Notes: generated by a model not told the origin, from the sequence alone. DNA of 64,000 nucleotides from an uncultured Candidatus Bathyarchaeia archaeon (GCA_964596985.1 CAZQWG010000001.1:396977-460976); one strand, 5' to 3'. Numbered from the stretch's first letter, positions 8,733 through 19,061 are shown. Program-made: numbers and translations.

Positions 8733-9433
8733 CCAGAGAATTGGATAGGACGATGGCGAGCCTCCGGTCTTCTCGACGGAGACACGGCTGGATCACAGTA
8801 TGATGTTCCAACATACTTGCCTATCGGAAACGAACAGTCCGCACTCACGAAATCGTCAAGTGAGTCCAGGACAAGGGAATCGATAGACTCCTGACACAGT
8901 GGTCGATGTTCTCATCCCCTCTGAGTCTCGTCCAGCGCTGAATCCTGTACTAGCGATTCTCCCCGGGACAACTCGACGAGTTCGACCTCTGCGTCACATG
9001 AACGAACACAGTCTTTCTCGTTCGTCTCTCGGACATACGTCCTCTATTGTTACACAAACGATGGGCGCCCTGAAGCCGTATTCGCACGTACCTTGCGAGG
9101 TAATCTTGACGCGTTCTCTTTCTAGCTCCAGGCACCCAGCCCCCGGCTCAGAGGAATTGTAGCTTAACTCTGCGGTCAAACGATTTATGTCTTACCCCCT
9201 TCCCCTACCTGACGACGGGTAGCAAGCGGTGTGCTTCGAGTCAACGGGTGCACAGGGGCTTGCAGCCGGAAGTCTACAGCAACAGTCCTCGGGTGCACGA
9301 GTCGACCTCACGAACCCACTCCTAACTCTCCTCAATATCCTATTCTTGAAGCGTCTCAAGTGCGCATATGTCGCATATTCAACATTAAACTCTATATCAT
9401 AGTCGCCGGAATAGTGTTGTCCAGTGATATTCG

Positions 9434-10291
9434 ATGACTCTTGTTACGATGGGAACCCTCTTGAAGAGGGCATACGAGGAGAAGTATGCTATTCCAGCAT
9501 TCAACTTCTTCAACACAGATGCTATCCGGACTGTAATAGAAGTCGCCGAGGAGGAGAGTTCTCCTGCGATTCTACAGGTACATAAAATGCTTCCTGGACC
9601 CGAAGATCTCTTCGACTGGTGGTGCTCGATTGCAAGAGCAGCGATTGAGAGAACCGAGATCCCGATCGCACTCCACCTAGATCACGGAGACGACTTCGAT
9701 ATAGCAGTGAAAGCGATTGTATGCGGCTGCTCATCAGTGATGATAGACAAGTCCAAGCTACCGATGGCAGAGAACATAGCGATAACAAGGAAGGTGGGAG
9801 ACGTGGCGCGGGTGGCAGGAGTAACTTTGGAGGCAGAGCTAGGTCATATGACTAGAGCTGAGAAGGGAGAATCAGGTGGACTGGACGAATCGGTATTCAC
9901 GGTCCCAGAAGAAGCCGTGACATTCGTGAGAGAAACAGGTGTCGACGCCCTTGCAGCCTCTGTGGGAACCGTTCATGGGCTCTATCGCGGAAAGGCAGAG
10001 ATAGACTTCGAGAGACTAGAGAAGATAAACGAGTTAGTGAATACACCGCTAGTTCTACATGGAGGAACCGGTATACCTGACGACTCTCTCAAGAAGACAA
10101 GCAAGTTCGGTGTTACAAAGGTGAACGTTGCCACCGCTCTTGGGGTAAGCTATTACACAGGAATCCGGGAAGCAATGGAAAAAGAGAAGGAGACGAAGAG
10201 CTTCTTCGGGTTCACAGAACCTGGACGAGAAGCCTTGAAAGAGACGATAAGACAGAAGATCAAGCTTCTTGGATGCAACAACAGGTTATAG
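9434..10291 (+). CDS. class II ketose-bisphosphate aldolase family protein (FBA/tagatose-bisphosphate aldolase type)
   Basis: AIPAFN, HLDHG, GTVHG and LVLHGGTG metal and phosphate motifs. Confidence 0.8.
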   Translation: MTLVTMGTLLKRAYEEKYAIPAFNFFNTDAIRTVIEVAEEESSPAILQVHKMLPGPEDLFDWWCSIARAAIERTEIPIALHLDHGDDFDIAVKAIVCGCSSVMIDKSKLPMAENIAITRKVGDVARVAGVTLEAELGHMTRAEKGESGGLDESVFTVPEEAVTFVRETGVDALAASVGTVHGLYRGKAEIDFERLEKINELVNTPLVLHGGTGIPDDSLKKTSKFGVTKVNVATALGVSYYTGIREAMEKEKETKSFFGFTEPGREALKETIRQKIKLLGCNNRL

Positions 10292-10367
10292 ACGCAGACG
10301 AAGAACCCGCTATTTCAGTAGGCTGCTGCAGCCGGCCAATAGTCTAGTTCCAGGGAGGAACCCCGAT

Positions 10368-11066
10368 ATGTGGAAAGCCATCGCATGCGACATAGATGGA
10401 ACGTTGACCGACCAAGATCATCTACTTAGCTTGGAGGCCTTGACCATGATGAGAACGGCTGAGAGAGCGGGATTAATAATTATCCTCTCAAGCGCTAGGA
10501 CGAGACTCGAACTGAGAATGGTGTCCAGCCTTTTTGGCGCCACTGGACCAGTAGTAGCAGAGAATGGAGGAATCGTCTGGTATCGCTCAACCGGTGAAGA
10601 AAAGGTCTTGGGTAACCTGGGAAAGGCGCAAGAAGCCTATGAAGCCGCCTCATCCCGCATTTCCGATCTACAGGTCTTGCAAGAGGGGTTCCGAGAGACA
10701 GACGTAATGGTTCGAGGTAGAAGAGCTACAGAGATTAAGCCGATTGTGGAGGCTGAAGGCCTGAGTGTCCATCTCTTTGAGAGTGCCCACGTGACATGCA
10801 TCGCAGCCTCCTCCGCGAGCAAGGGCCTCGGTCTGAGGGCCGCCTCGGAGATGATCTGTATCGATCCATCTCATGTTGCTGCCATCGGAGACGCCCAGAA
10901 CGATGTCACACTCTTCGAGACCGCTGGCGCCGGCTACGCGGTCGGCAATGCAGATCAGAGATTGAGGGATGTGGCGTCAAAGGTTATGAGTAGACCTTAT
11001 GGCGGGGGATGCGCCGACGCGATCAGAGAGATCATAGAAGAGCAACGGAAGGCTCTGAGGAGCTGA
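10368..11066 (+). CDS. HAD-IIB phosphatase (archaeal phosphoglycolate phosphatase / SPP-like)
   Basis: Start moved to ATG 10368 (GGGAGGAA 8 nt upstream). Motifs are ACDIDGTLTD, the SAR motif and GDAQNDV. Confidence 0.7.
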   Translation: MWKAIACDIDGTLTDQDHLLSLEALTMMRTAERAGLIIILSSARTRLELRMVSSLFGATGPVVAENGGIVWYRSTGEEKVLGNLGKAQEAYEAASSRISDLQVLQEGFRETDVMVRGRRATEIKPIVEAEGLSVHLFESAHVTCIAASSASKGLGLRAASEMICIDPSHVAAIGDAQNDVTLFETAGAGYAVGNADQRLRDVASKVMSRPYGGGCADAIREIIEEQRKALRS

Positions 11067-11260
11067 CTACTAAAATTGAGTTGTGCACTGGTAGAATCCT
11101 GTGCGGACCTCATATCCTTCTTCTAATGGAAAAGGGAAAGTAGTTTCCAATACATCCGTCAGCCTGACTGGTTGACCAGCCTTTGCCCTAGACACAGCAA
11201 AAAATTAGCGGGGACAAGGATCAGAGAACGCAGTTAGACCACACAGTCCCCTCACCGGGT

Positions 11261-11491
11261 TCAGAAACGTGCACTGGGCTGGATCACTTTGTCGATCCCA
11301 TACTCAACGTCTTCTGCGTCAACTGTAACTCTCTTTCTCTCTTGCGCGTGAGACAAAGCCTGCTCAGCGATTTTAGTCCCCGAGCGCTCCAGCGACTCCA
11401 TTAGGCTCCTTGCCGCGTCTTCCGAGACACGGCGAGCCCCGGCTTCACGAAGTATCCTTTTACAGGCTGCTAAAGTTATGTTTCCTGGCAT
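11261..11491 (-). CDS. archaeal histone (HMf/CBF-NFY fold)
   Basis: RILREAGARRVSEDA...HAQERKRVTVDAEDV matches the histone fold. The start is taken at the internal M (MPGNITL); the listed ORF extends to 11542. Confidence 0.7.
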   Translation of the reverse strand: MPGNITLAACKRILREAGARRVSEDAARSLMESLERSGTKIAEQALSHAQERKRVTVDAEDVEYGIDKVIQPSARF

Positions 11492-11587
11492 ATCAAATCG
11501 AACCTTGGTTCTACGAAAGACCATAAAAGCTTTCCTTAACATTAAGAGACAAGGCTCGACGACAAGAATATCGCGCTGGACTCTCCT

Positions 11588-12325
11588 TCAGTCGCTTTTA
11601 TAGTAGAGCGATTCGTAGGCGCGAACCGCATAGGTTGAGGCTTCTACCCTGGCCCCAGAGACTATCAGGGACCCGGCTTTTTCATAATCTTTTCTTGCCT
11701 CTTCGATACGGCCGCTCTTAGAGACTTTCAGAAGCTGGCTTACAAGGAGCATGAATTCGTCGAGGATATCCGCATTCAAGAACGGCAGTGACTGGTAGTA
11801 CCTAGTGGCATTATCTAGGTTCTGAAACGGTTTCCTCTCCCTTGAGAGCAGTGCAAGCCTACGACCCGAGGCGGTTAATCCCTTGACGGCCTCCTCGAGG
11901 TTAAATCTTGAGACAGGGGTCGGAGTGATACCTCTCATCCTCTTGTGGAAGAAGAAATGGTATATGCTCTGAATACCCGAGAGAAGACCCTTCCCTGTTC
12001 CCCCTGCGATAGAGATGCCGATCGCAGGTTTGCCATCTGCGTTGGGGATACTAACAGTTTCCATGAAAGACTTGGTTAGACCACTCACGTCACCCCAGTA
12101 TACGGGTGAGCCTAAGACTATTGCGTCAGCGTCTTCGCACAGACGGTTCAGATCTTCTGGACAGATCTCCCGAACCCCAACATAAGGCTTCACATCGAAG
12201 TCCACCAGATAGACTTTCTCGACCTCAACGCCCCCCTGCTTTGCCCCTTCCAGCGTGGCGTCGACTAGTCGGCTCGTCAACCCATTCTTACGTGGGCTAC
12301 CTACTATACCAACGATCACAATCAA
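11588..12325 (-). CDS. flavodoxin-like NAD(P)H-dependent FMN reductase with helical C-terminal extension
   Basis: IVGIVGSPRKNGLT and LGSPVYWGDVSG are typical of the NADPH-dependent FMN reductase / iron-sulfur flavoprotein family. Confidence 0.65.
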   Translation of the reverse strand: MIVIVGIVGSPRKNGLTSRLVDATLEGAKQGGVEVEKVYLVDFDVKPYVGVREICPEDLNRLCEDADAIVLGSPVYWGDVSGLTKSFMETVSIPNADGKPAIGISIAGGTGKGLLSGIQSIYHFFFHKRMRGITPTPVSRFNLEEAVKGLTASGRRLALLSRERKPFQNLDNATRYYQSLPFLNADILDEFMLLVSQLLKVSKSGRIEEARKDYEKAGSLIVSGARVEASTYAVRAYESLYYKSD

Positions 12326-12460
12326 TCCACCATACCTTGTATCCTATTTCCAGTATTATGACTCTTGCCTAGCCATGATCCTTGTTCTCATGGATGACGT
12401 AAACCTTCAATAGGTTGAGGCGTATGCCGGTCATATACCGAAGGAGGGAGGGCTTTAATC

Positions 12461-12844
12461 ATGAATGACGTGGGAAACAGGCTCTTGATAGCATCGATGG
12501 ATGAATGGAGGAGCAGGGTACTGAAATCGGATCTTCCCGTAGTGGTGGAGTTCTATTCCCCTACCTGTCCACATTGCGCCAGGCTGACACCGATCTTTCA
12601 GAGGCTTTCAACCGAGTACGGTGATAAGATGACCTTTGCGATCGTGAACGTTGTTGAAAGCCGAGATCTAGCTGAAGGATACGGAATCATGGGAGTGCCG
12701 ACGGTGAAGTTCTTCTGCGACGGTAGACCGATCAATGAAATCGTGGGATTCAGACCCGAAGAAGAACTGAGGGGGAAGATAGAGGAGGGAGTCCTGCAAA
12801 CGTACAAGAGATGCATCTCCCAAAGCTCTCCGATATACGTCTAG
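12461..12844 (+). CDS. trx: thioredoxin
   Basis: VVVEFYSPTCPHC and GIMGVPTVKFF motifs. Confidence 0.8.
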   Translation: MNDVGNRLLIASMDEWRSRVLKSDLPVVVEFYSPTCPHCARLTPIFQRLSTEYGDKMTFAIVNVVESRDLAEGYGIMGVPTVKFFCDGRPINEIVGFRPEEELRGKIEEGVLQTYKRCISQSSPIYV

Positions 12845-13058
12845 CCAAGATCTACTACTGGCCTCAACAACCCACACCACCGCCACCTCACCTTCGGCTG
12901 TACGTATGCTACTTCGCCGAGAAAAGGTGTAACATAATCGTCCCAGAACCCGTGCATAAGATATCGATCGGTGTACACTCTCTGAACACAGGGAGAAAAG
13001 CCGTCTTTATGTAGACTGTATTAAGATAGATGACCGTATGGATTGTCAGGGATAACCT

Positions 13059-14390
13059 ATGGAATCTTACAAAGAACAGGTTGTCAGTCTCATCGACAGT
13101 ATGAAGGAAACCATGGTGAAGGATTCCGATACGGTATGGGAATACGCTGAACCAGGGCTTATCGAATTCAAATCCTCTACACTCTTGATGAAAAGGCTTC
13201 GAGACAACGGTTTCGAGGTCTTGAGTGGGATCGGGGACATGAAGACAGCATTCGTCGGTTCCTGGGGATCGGGTACACCGATCGTAGGCTTGTTGGCGGA
13301 GTATGACGCCCTGGAAACTTGCGGTCCACCCATCGGTGAACCCGGACACGGTTGCGGTCACAATCTTCTGGGAACCGCACTAGTCTATGCAGCGATCGTC
13401 TTGAAGAAGATCATGCAAGAACACGGCTTAGAGGGAGGGATAAAGCTCTTCGGCTGCCCGGCAGAAGAGAAGTTGCTTGGCAAGGTCTACATGGCAAGAG
13501 ACGGCGCCTTCGAAGGAGTGGATGCAGTCATCGCATGGCACCCGGGCAGATACAACTGCGCCACTACGGCTAGTAGGAATGCCCTCGATTCTTTCTCTTT
13601 CCATTTCATAGGTCAGACAGCACACTCCGCGGTCGACCCGTGGAACGGGAGGAGCGCACTGGATGCGGTCGAGGTGATGAATTGTGCCGTAAATATGATG
13701 AGAGAGCATATCCCCGAGTCTGCGAGAATCCACTATGTGATCACCGATGGCGGGGGGCAACCCAACGTCGTTCCACCCGAAGCGAGAAGCTGGTACTTCA
13801 TACGAGCCGACAAACGGAAGGGAAAGGATGGTTTGGAGGAGATCTCCGAGAGGGTCAGGAAATGCGCCGAGGCAGCAGCCCTGGCTACAGGAACCAAGGT
13901 CGAGATCAAACACCTCACGGCAGTCTACGAGAGCCTAACGAACAGGTCAGGCGCAGAACTGGTGCAGAAGAATCTTGAGTTGATAGGGTCCCCCAAGTTC
14001 ACTGACGAGGAGAAAGCATACACTAGAGAGATCGGGCTCAAGGGAGATCTAGATGAAACCGTATCTCCCATCAAGACCCAGCAGCGAAGAGCCACCAATG
14101 ATTATGGAACGGTGAGTTGGCTAGTGCCCCTGTTGCATTGCAACATAACCTGCGCCACGACGGATACACCAGGCCATCATTATCTTGGGGCCTTGCAGTA
14201 CAAGTCCAGCATAGGACACAAAGGGATGACGACCGCAGCAAAGGTTGTCGCATGCACCATCATCGATCTCCTGACGAAACCCGAAGAACTAGCCAAGATT
14301 AGAGGAGAGTTCGAAGAGAAGACGAGGCGCTTCGTATTCGACCCCATCATACCGAAGGGACAGAAACCGTCGGGCAGGGACGGATACTAG
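13059..14390 (+). CDS. M20-family amidohydrolase (AbgB-like)
   Basis: 443 aa. GHGCGHNLLG, the PAEE motif and HSA..PW..GRSALDA are typical of M20D/AbgB peptidases. Confidence 0.75.
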   Translation: MESYKEQVVSLIDSMKETMVKDSDTVWEYAEPGLIEFKSSTLLMKRLRDNGFEVLSGIGDMKTAFVGSWGSGTPIVGLLAEYDALETCGPPIGEPGHGCGHNLLGTALVYAAIVLKKIMQEHGLEGGIKLFGCPAEEKLLGKVYMARDGAFEGVDAVIAWHPGRYNCATTASRNALDSFSFHFIGQTAHSAVDPWNGRSALDAVEVMNCAVNMMREHIPESARIHYVITDGGGQPNVVPPEARSWYFIRADKRKGKDGLEEISERVRKCAEAAALATGTKVEIKHLTAVYESLTNRSGAELVQKNLELIGSPKFTDEEKAYTREIGLKGDLDETVSPIKTQQRRATNDYGTVSWLVPLLHCNITCATTDTPGHHYLGALQYKSSIGHKGMTTAAKVVACTIIDLLTKPEELAKIRGEFEEKTRRFVFDPIIPKGQKPSGRDGY

Positions 14391-14430
14391 ACAACCTTTC
14401 AGCCGGCTCCAACCTCCTTTCTGAGGGGGC

Positions 14431-14988
14431 TCACAGTCTTACGCTTACTTCTACCCCGTCCCCGTCTACCCCTATGAACCTGCTCTCGTATTTACCCGAG
14501 TTTCTCACGTAGTCGAGGTATTCTCTCATCGAGGAGGCGTATGCCCCTGCGTTATCCGCCACGACCAGGCTCCCCTTTTTAAGCTTGTCTTCAAGAAGAC
14601 CCAGACATTCGAAGTACTTGCCCTTAGCGGCATCCAAGAAGATCAGATCGAACTCCCCCTCAAGGTTTGGGATAACATCCAACGCGTCTCCGACCAACAC
14701 TCTCACCCTAGGTGTGACCTCGGCTCTCCGAGCATTCTCCTTTGCCAGTTCCGCCTCATCTTCGTCGATTTCGATCGTGACGATCTCAGCCTCGTTCCCA
14801 AGTTCCTTAGCCATCAGGATCGTTGAATACCCCAACAGAGTCCCGACCTCAAGTACGCGTCTAGGCTTGACCCTACGGACCAGGCTGGCCAGAACCTCTC
14901 CCCTTACAGGCCCTATTATAGGCAGATATCTGCGCTCAGCAAGCCGCTCTATGCTGCGAAGAACCTCGCCAGCCTTATCGGAAGCCAC
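14431..14988 (-). CDS. class I SAM-dependent O-methyltransferase (COG4122-like)
   Basis: VLEVGTLLGYS, the acidic IEID motif and DLIFLDA motifs. Confidence 0.75.
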   Translation of the reverse strand: MASDKAGEVLRSIERLAERRYLPIIGPVRGEVLASLVRRVKPRRVLEVGTLLGYSTILMAKELGNEAEIVTIEIDEDEAELAKENARRAEVTPRVRVLVGDALDVIPNLEGEFDLIFLDAAKGKYFECLGLLEDKLKKGSLVVADNAGAYASSMREYLDYVRNSGKYESRFIGVDGDGVEVSVRL

Positions 14989-15201
14989 ACCGCGTCACCA
15001 ACAGCTTCTCGGGGAATGTACCACGCATCTAGGACACGAAAAGGTTCGTGTATACGATAGATACAACCAAGTTTTAGGGAAGAGGTTAAGAGGTTATCCT
15101 TGATCTGCAATTACCCGTCGTCAAGGATGATGAACAGAGAAGATGAGGGTCGGGATTGGAATCCTGATAGGGGAGGCGACTCACGTTTGAGTGATCTTGG
15201 C

Positions 15202-15956
15202 GTGAACCTGATTGACGCCCATTGCCACCTCCAAGACGAGGCTTTCAACGAGGATAGGGACGAGGTAGTGAGGAGAGCCCGACAAGCTGGCGTCACGTCC
15301 ATCGTCACTTCAAGCCTCGGTCTCGTCGACGCCTCGAGGATGTAGAGATCACCGAGATATTTCATGACCATGTGTATGCGTGCATCGGACTGGACCCCGG
15401 CAGCCTCGAACCCGAGGAGGCAGAAGAAGTCCGGAAGTCCATTGCAGCTAACAAGGATCTCATCGTTGGGATAGGGGAGGTAGGACTGGACTACTATTGG
15501 GTCAGAGAGGAGAGCGGCAGGGAACGGCAGAAACGGCTCTTCCGGGAATGGATTGAATTAGCCGAAAAGCTACACCTTCCATTGGTCGTCCACTCCAGGA
15601 GCGCAGGAAAATATGCGATTCGAATCCTCTTGGAGAGCGGGTTCAGACGGGTTCTAATGCACGCCTACGATGGACGCGTAGGTTGGGCAATGAAGGCAGC
15701 CGAAGAGGGCGTACACTTCTCGATACCAACCTCGGTCTGGCATTCCAGGCAGAAACAGAAGCTAGCCAAGACGCTACCCTTGGAATGCCTCGTCGTAGAG
15801 AGTGATGCCCCAGTGCTATCCCCTATAAGGGGAGAACGAAACGAACCGGCTAACCTAGTCTACGCCGTAAGGAAAATCGCGGAATTGAAGGGCCTATCGG
15901 AAAAGAAAGTGGCTATCACCACCACTGAAAATGCTAGGAGGCTATTTGGACTATAA
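15202..15956 (+). pseudogene. TatD-family metal-dependent hydrolase, reading frame broken near 15330-15345
   Basis: The N-terminal piece (VNLIDAHCHL..GVTSIVTSS) ends at TAG 15343. The remainder (..LEDVEITEIFHDHVYACIGLDP..GEVGLDYYW..HSR..ESDAP) continues in the -1 frame. Confidence 0.6.
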
Positions 15957-16194
15957 GCCTAGTGACTTTCAAGGAGAGTATTGAGGCAAAAGCTGAGGAT
16001 GAGTAGGTGTAATGCTCTATCGTCCCAAGGCTCTATGAACCACGATTCGAGTATTCTTAGACCCCTCAAAAGCCGTCTCAGACAGTTTTTATTGACGAAT
16101 CCCCGTTTAAACACGCCAAACGAAAGATTCAAATAGGCATAGTTCCCGAGACGGGGCAAACCACCGATGGTGGGGACCAAAAGGGTGAGTAGAA

Positions 16195-17295
16195 GTGAAG
16201 AGATACTTCATTCTTCTGACAGCGCTTCTACTTCTTGCTCAGATCCCGATTGTTCAAGGAGACCAAGAGCCTAGCCTCATCGTCACAATTTCTGAAGACT
16301 CAGTCAACGTGAAATGGGAGATCAAACTCCTATTCGAGGACCTACAAAGCTACGAATTGAAGGTTGACGAGATCCGTAGAGCCTACGAGAATAACTACGA
16401 TAGGAGGCTCGAAGCGCTCCTCGAAGGGTTTCTGACCGGGGAATTCTCACGTCACATAGACAAGACGGTCCAGATCACGGATCTGGAGATCGACCTACAG
16501 GGTAGTGGGTCACACTGGTCGGAGTGGATGGAAGTCTCCACCCAATTCACAGTCAAGGGACTCGAAAACCGAGACGGAGACAAACTATACGTTAATCTAT
16601 CCTGGCTGACCTTGAAGCTCTCCGATAGAAAAGTCGATTTCGAGGATAAGGATGACCCTGAGATTGTATACTCATTCTACCCGAAATACCTGCTCGCGGT
16701 CAATTGGGCGAACTGCTTCAATTGGGATCTCACCGCACGTACCCCAGAGCAGAACACGGACAGCCTGGTCCTCATACTTCCATCGAGACACGAATACAAA
16801 CCGTTCCAAGAATACTCAGAGGTCCGCGTCGACCCTGAGAAACCCATGCTCAAGATACGATTGATGGATTCAGAAGGAAACTTTGAGGCGAAACGCGCCG
16901 TCATACCCATCCCACCGAAACCTCTGACGTTTCAAGAGCACACAATTAAGCTCCTAGTAGACAATTGGGTGACAGCCGTTGTGTCCGTAGTCGCCGTCTG
17001 CGGCATCACCCTCTTCGGCCGATACCAAGTCAGAAGGAGGGCGAAGCTTCTCGTCGAGAAGCAGAGAGAGCAGCAAGCCATCGAACAACTCAAACCACTC
17101 AGCAACGAGTTACGAAGTGAATATGGAACCAGGAAAGTATCTTTAACACCAACCAAAATGAGGCATTCCACAAAGAATGTCAAGGTTTCAAGACGGATGA
17201 GCGAACGCCTCTTCGGCAAATCAGATTCTGAAGACTGGCACTCCATTCTCGGCGAGTTAAAACGGTCACTTGCCAAGATCTGCAGAAGAGACTGA
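16195..17295 (+). CDS. secreted/membrane-anchored hypothetical protein, likely in an operon with the FtsZ-like gene
   Basis: N-terminal signal-like segment, one TM (WVTAVVSVVAVCGITLF) and a basic C-terminal tail. It ends 24 nt before the next gene. Confidence 0.5.
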   Translation: MKRYFILLTALLLLAQIPIVQGDQEPSLIVTISEDSVNVKWEIKLLFEDLQSYELKVDEIRRAYENNYDRRLEALLEGFLTGEFSRHIDKTVQITDLEIDLQGSGSHWSEWMEVSTQFTVKGLENRDGDKLYVNLSWLTLKLSDRKVDFEDKDDPEIVYSFYPKYLLAVNWANCFNWDLTARTPEQNTDSLVLILPSRHEYKPFQEYSEVRVDPEKPMLKIRLMDSEGNFEAKRAVIPIPPKPLTFQEHTIKLLVDNWVTAVVSVVAVCGITLFGRYQVRRRAKLLVEKQREQQAIEQLKPLSNELRSEYGTRKVSLTPTKMRHSTKNVKVSRRMSERLFGKSDSEDWHSILGELKRSLAKICRRD

Positions 17296-17319
17296 AGGAG
17301 ACTCAAAGGAGGGAGAAGT

Positions 17320-18270
17320 TTGTTCAAGACAACCATCGTCGGCGTCGGTGGGTCCGGCTGCAACACAGTAACACGGTATCTGGATAGGGTCGGAAGACTG
17401 AAGGGCATTAGAACTGTTGCCGTCAACACAGATCGCCTAGCTCTAAGAGAGAACGCGAAAGCAGACAAGAAGATCCTTCTAGGCGACGGAATGGGGGCTG
17501 GCATGGATGTCGTATACGGCATGAAGGCTATGAAGGAAGGACTACCGAAGGTCCTCAACGCAATAGGAGACCCAGAAGTCGCCATCGTCACCTGCGGCCT
17601 CGGCGGTGGAACCGGCAGCGGCGGGATCCTAGAGATATGTAGGATACTACGCCAGAAACCCTCCACGTTCAGGATAGCGTTGGTAACCTTACCGTTTGAA
17701 GACGAAGGACCTGTTCAGAAAGGCATTGCAAAACGGATCCTACCCCTCGTAATCGACCAATCCGACCTCACCATCGTGCAGAGCAACGAGATTCTACTCC
17801 AAGCTGCCAAGGATAGTCGGAAGGATATACCCCTCGAAGAGGGGTACCGAGCGATGGATATGAAGCTGGTGGACATAATAATGAACTTCATGGATCTAAC
17901 GACACGAGGCGGAATCCAGAACATCGACTTCCGGGACTTCTACAATCTCCTAAGAGAGAGCGGGCTTGGACACATCGGGACTGGAGAGGGAGAAAACCTC
18001 GTAGAAGCCCTACACGAAGCCGAAAGAGACCAGTTGTTGGACGTAGACTACACAAACGCACGGGCCTGCCTCATAAACATAACCGGGAACGCCGGATTAA
18101 GAGAGTGTGGACACGTAATCAAGAACTTCACGAACGACCACGGAATCAAACGGTTCAGGTTCGGTCTACGAGACTCCTCAGGTCCCATCCGCTGCATGAT
18201 TGCGGTCGGCGGGGTAAGATCCCCCTATCTTGAGAGTTTTCTCGGGGCGAAAATGAAGTATCTTGATTAG
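17320..18270 (+). CDS. short divergent FtsZ/tubulin-family GTPase
   Basis: IVGVGGSGCN, AVNTD, the tubulin signature GLGGGTGSGG, and TLPFEDEG. At 316 aa it has no C-terminal linker or tail. Confidence 0.8.
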   Translation: MFKTTIVGVGGSGCNTVTRYLDRVGRLKGIRTVAVNTDRLALRENAKADKKILLGDGMGAGMDVVYGMKAMKEGLPKVLNAIGDPEVAIVTCGLGGGTGSGGILEICRILRQKPSTFRIALVTLPFEDEGPVQKGIAKRILPLVIDQSDLTIVQSNEILLQAAKDSRKDIPLEEGYRAMDMKLVDIIMNFMDLTTRGGIQNIDFRDFYNLLRESGLGHIGTGEGENLVEALHEAERDQLLDVDYTNARACLINITGNAGLRECGHVIKNFTNDHGIKRFRFGLRDSSGPIRCMIAVGGVRSPYLESFLGAKMKYLD

Positions 18271-18356
18271 ATTAGAGGAGACGCAGAGTTCCCATCCATC
18301 ATGCATCTCGAAACACTTCTAAATTCCTCGCCCAACCTCTTCACAGGCGGAGAATA

Positions 18357-19061
18357 ATGGAGCCTGTTGAAGCCGTAGTCTTCGACTACGATGGAACATT
18401 GAGCCTCTGGGACAACGACAAGGCAGTATCTGAAACATTCCATGTTGTGAACAGGCATCTAAGGAAGGAGTATGGGACAGAGATATTCGTCGGAACCGAC
18501 GAGTTCTATGAGATCGGCAGACGCACGAAGACATCACCCTACGTACATCGGATAACGAGGCAAGTCGTGCAAGCCAAAGGTTTCGAGATTCCAGACGAGG
18601 TCGCGGTAGACGCTTGGAGAGCGTGGTGGCATGTCATGCTGACCACCGCCAAACGACCCGAAGGCGCGATCCCGGTTCTGGGATCCCTCCGAGAAGAGGG
18701 TAAACGGCTCGCGATCTTCACCAGCCTCGATGATTTCCCCGGATGGAAGAGGAAGAGGATTCAAGAGGAAGGAGCCGACATCAAGAACCTCTTTGATGCG
18801 ATCGTGATCTGCGGCGTCGATACACCTGAGACAAAACTCAGCCTCTCAGAGGAGAACTACTTCTTCTGCCTAGAGAAGATACGGTCAACCCCGGATCAAG
18901 CCGTGATGATAGGAGACAACCCTCACTCTGATTTAGAGCCGGCGAGAAAGCTCGGGATGCGAACGATTCTCTTCGGACGTAACTCGGATCCGGTCTATCC
19001 TTGTGCAACCGACTTCTTCCAGATCCTAGAGATAATCAGGGACTTCGAAAGGAGGCCGTAG
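18357..19061 (+). CDS. HAD-superfamily hydrolase
   Basis: VVFDYDGTL and IGDNPHSDLEPARKLGM motifs. Confidence 0.7.
   Translation: MEPVEAVVFDYDGTLSLWDNDKAVSETFHVVNRHLRKEYGTEIFVGTDEFYEIGRRTKTSPYVHRITRQVVQAKGFEIPDEVAVDAWRAWWHVMLTTAKRPEGAIPVLGSLREEGKRLAIFTSLDDFPGWKRKRIQEEGADIKNLFDAIVICGVDTPETKLSLSEENYFFCLEKIRSTPDQAVMIGDNPHSDLEPARKLGMRTILFGRNSDPVYPCATDFFQILEIIRDFERRP

Noticed and set aside
8733-9433. Assigning the ORF-free gap specifically as RNase P RNA or SRP RNA.
   Set aside because: Only loose matches to conserved regions were found, and I could not assemble the P4 helix or the SRP helix 8 motifs. It is kept as an unassigned candidate only.
10269-10367. N-terminal extensions in the ORF track: the Arg-rich extension of the HAD phosphatase ORF, and similar extensions at 41214, 53988, 46219, 20472 and 24168.
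   Set aside because: The extensions overlap upstream genes or lack similarity to the family. Internal ATGs with Shine-Dalgarno-like sequences give canonical N-termini.
16932-17666. Long antisense ORFs in the track: 16932..17666, 21828..22682, 22051..22776, 28794..29570, 43626..44378, 46002..46718, 48372..48941, 2568..3143 and 19347..19955.
   Set aside because: Each lies opposite a gene with clear family motifs. Each has a low-complexity, Ser/Arg/Pro-rich composition typical of shadow frames.
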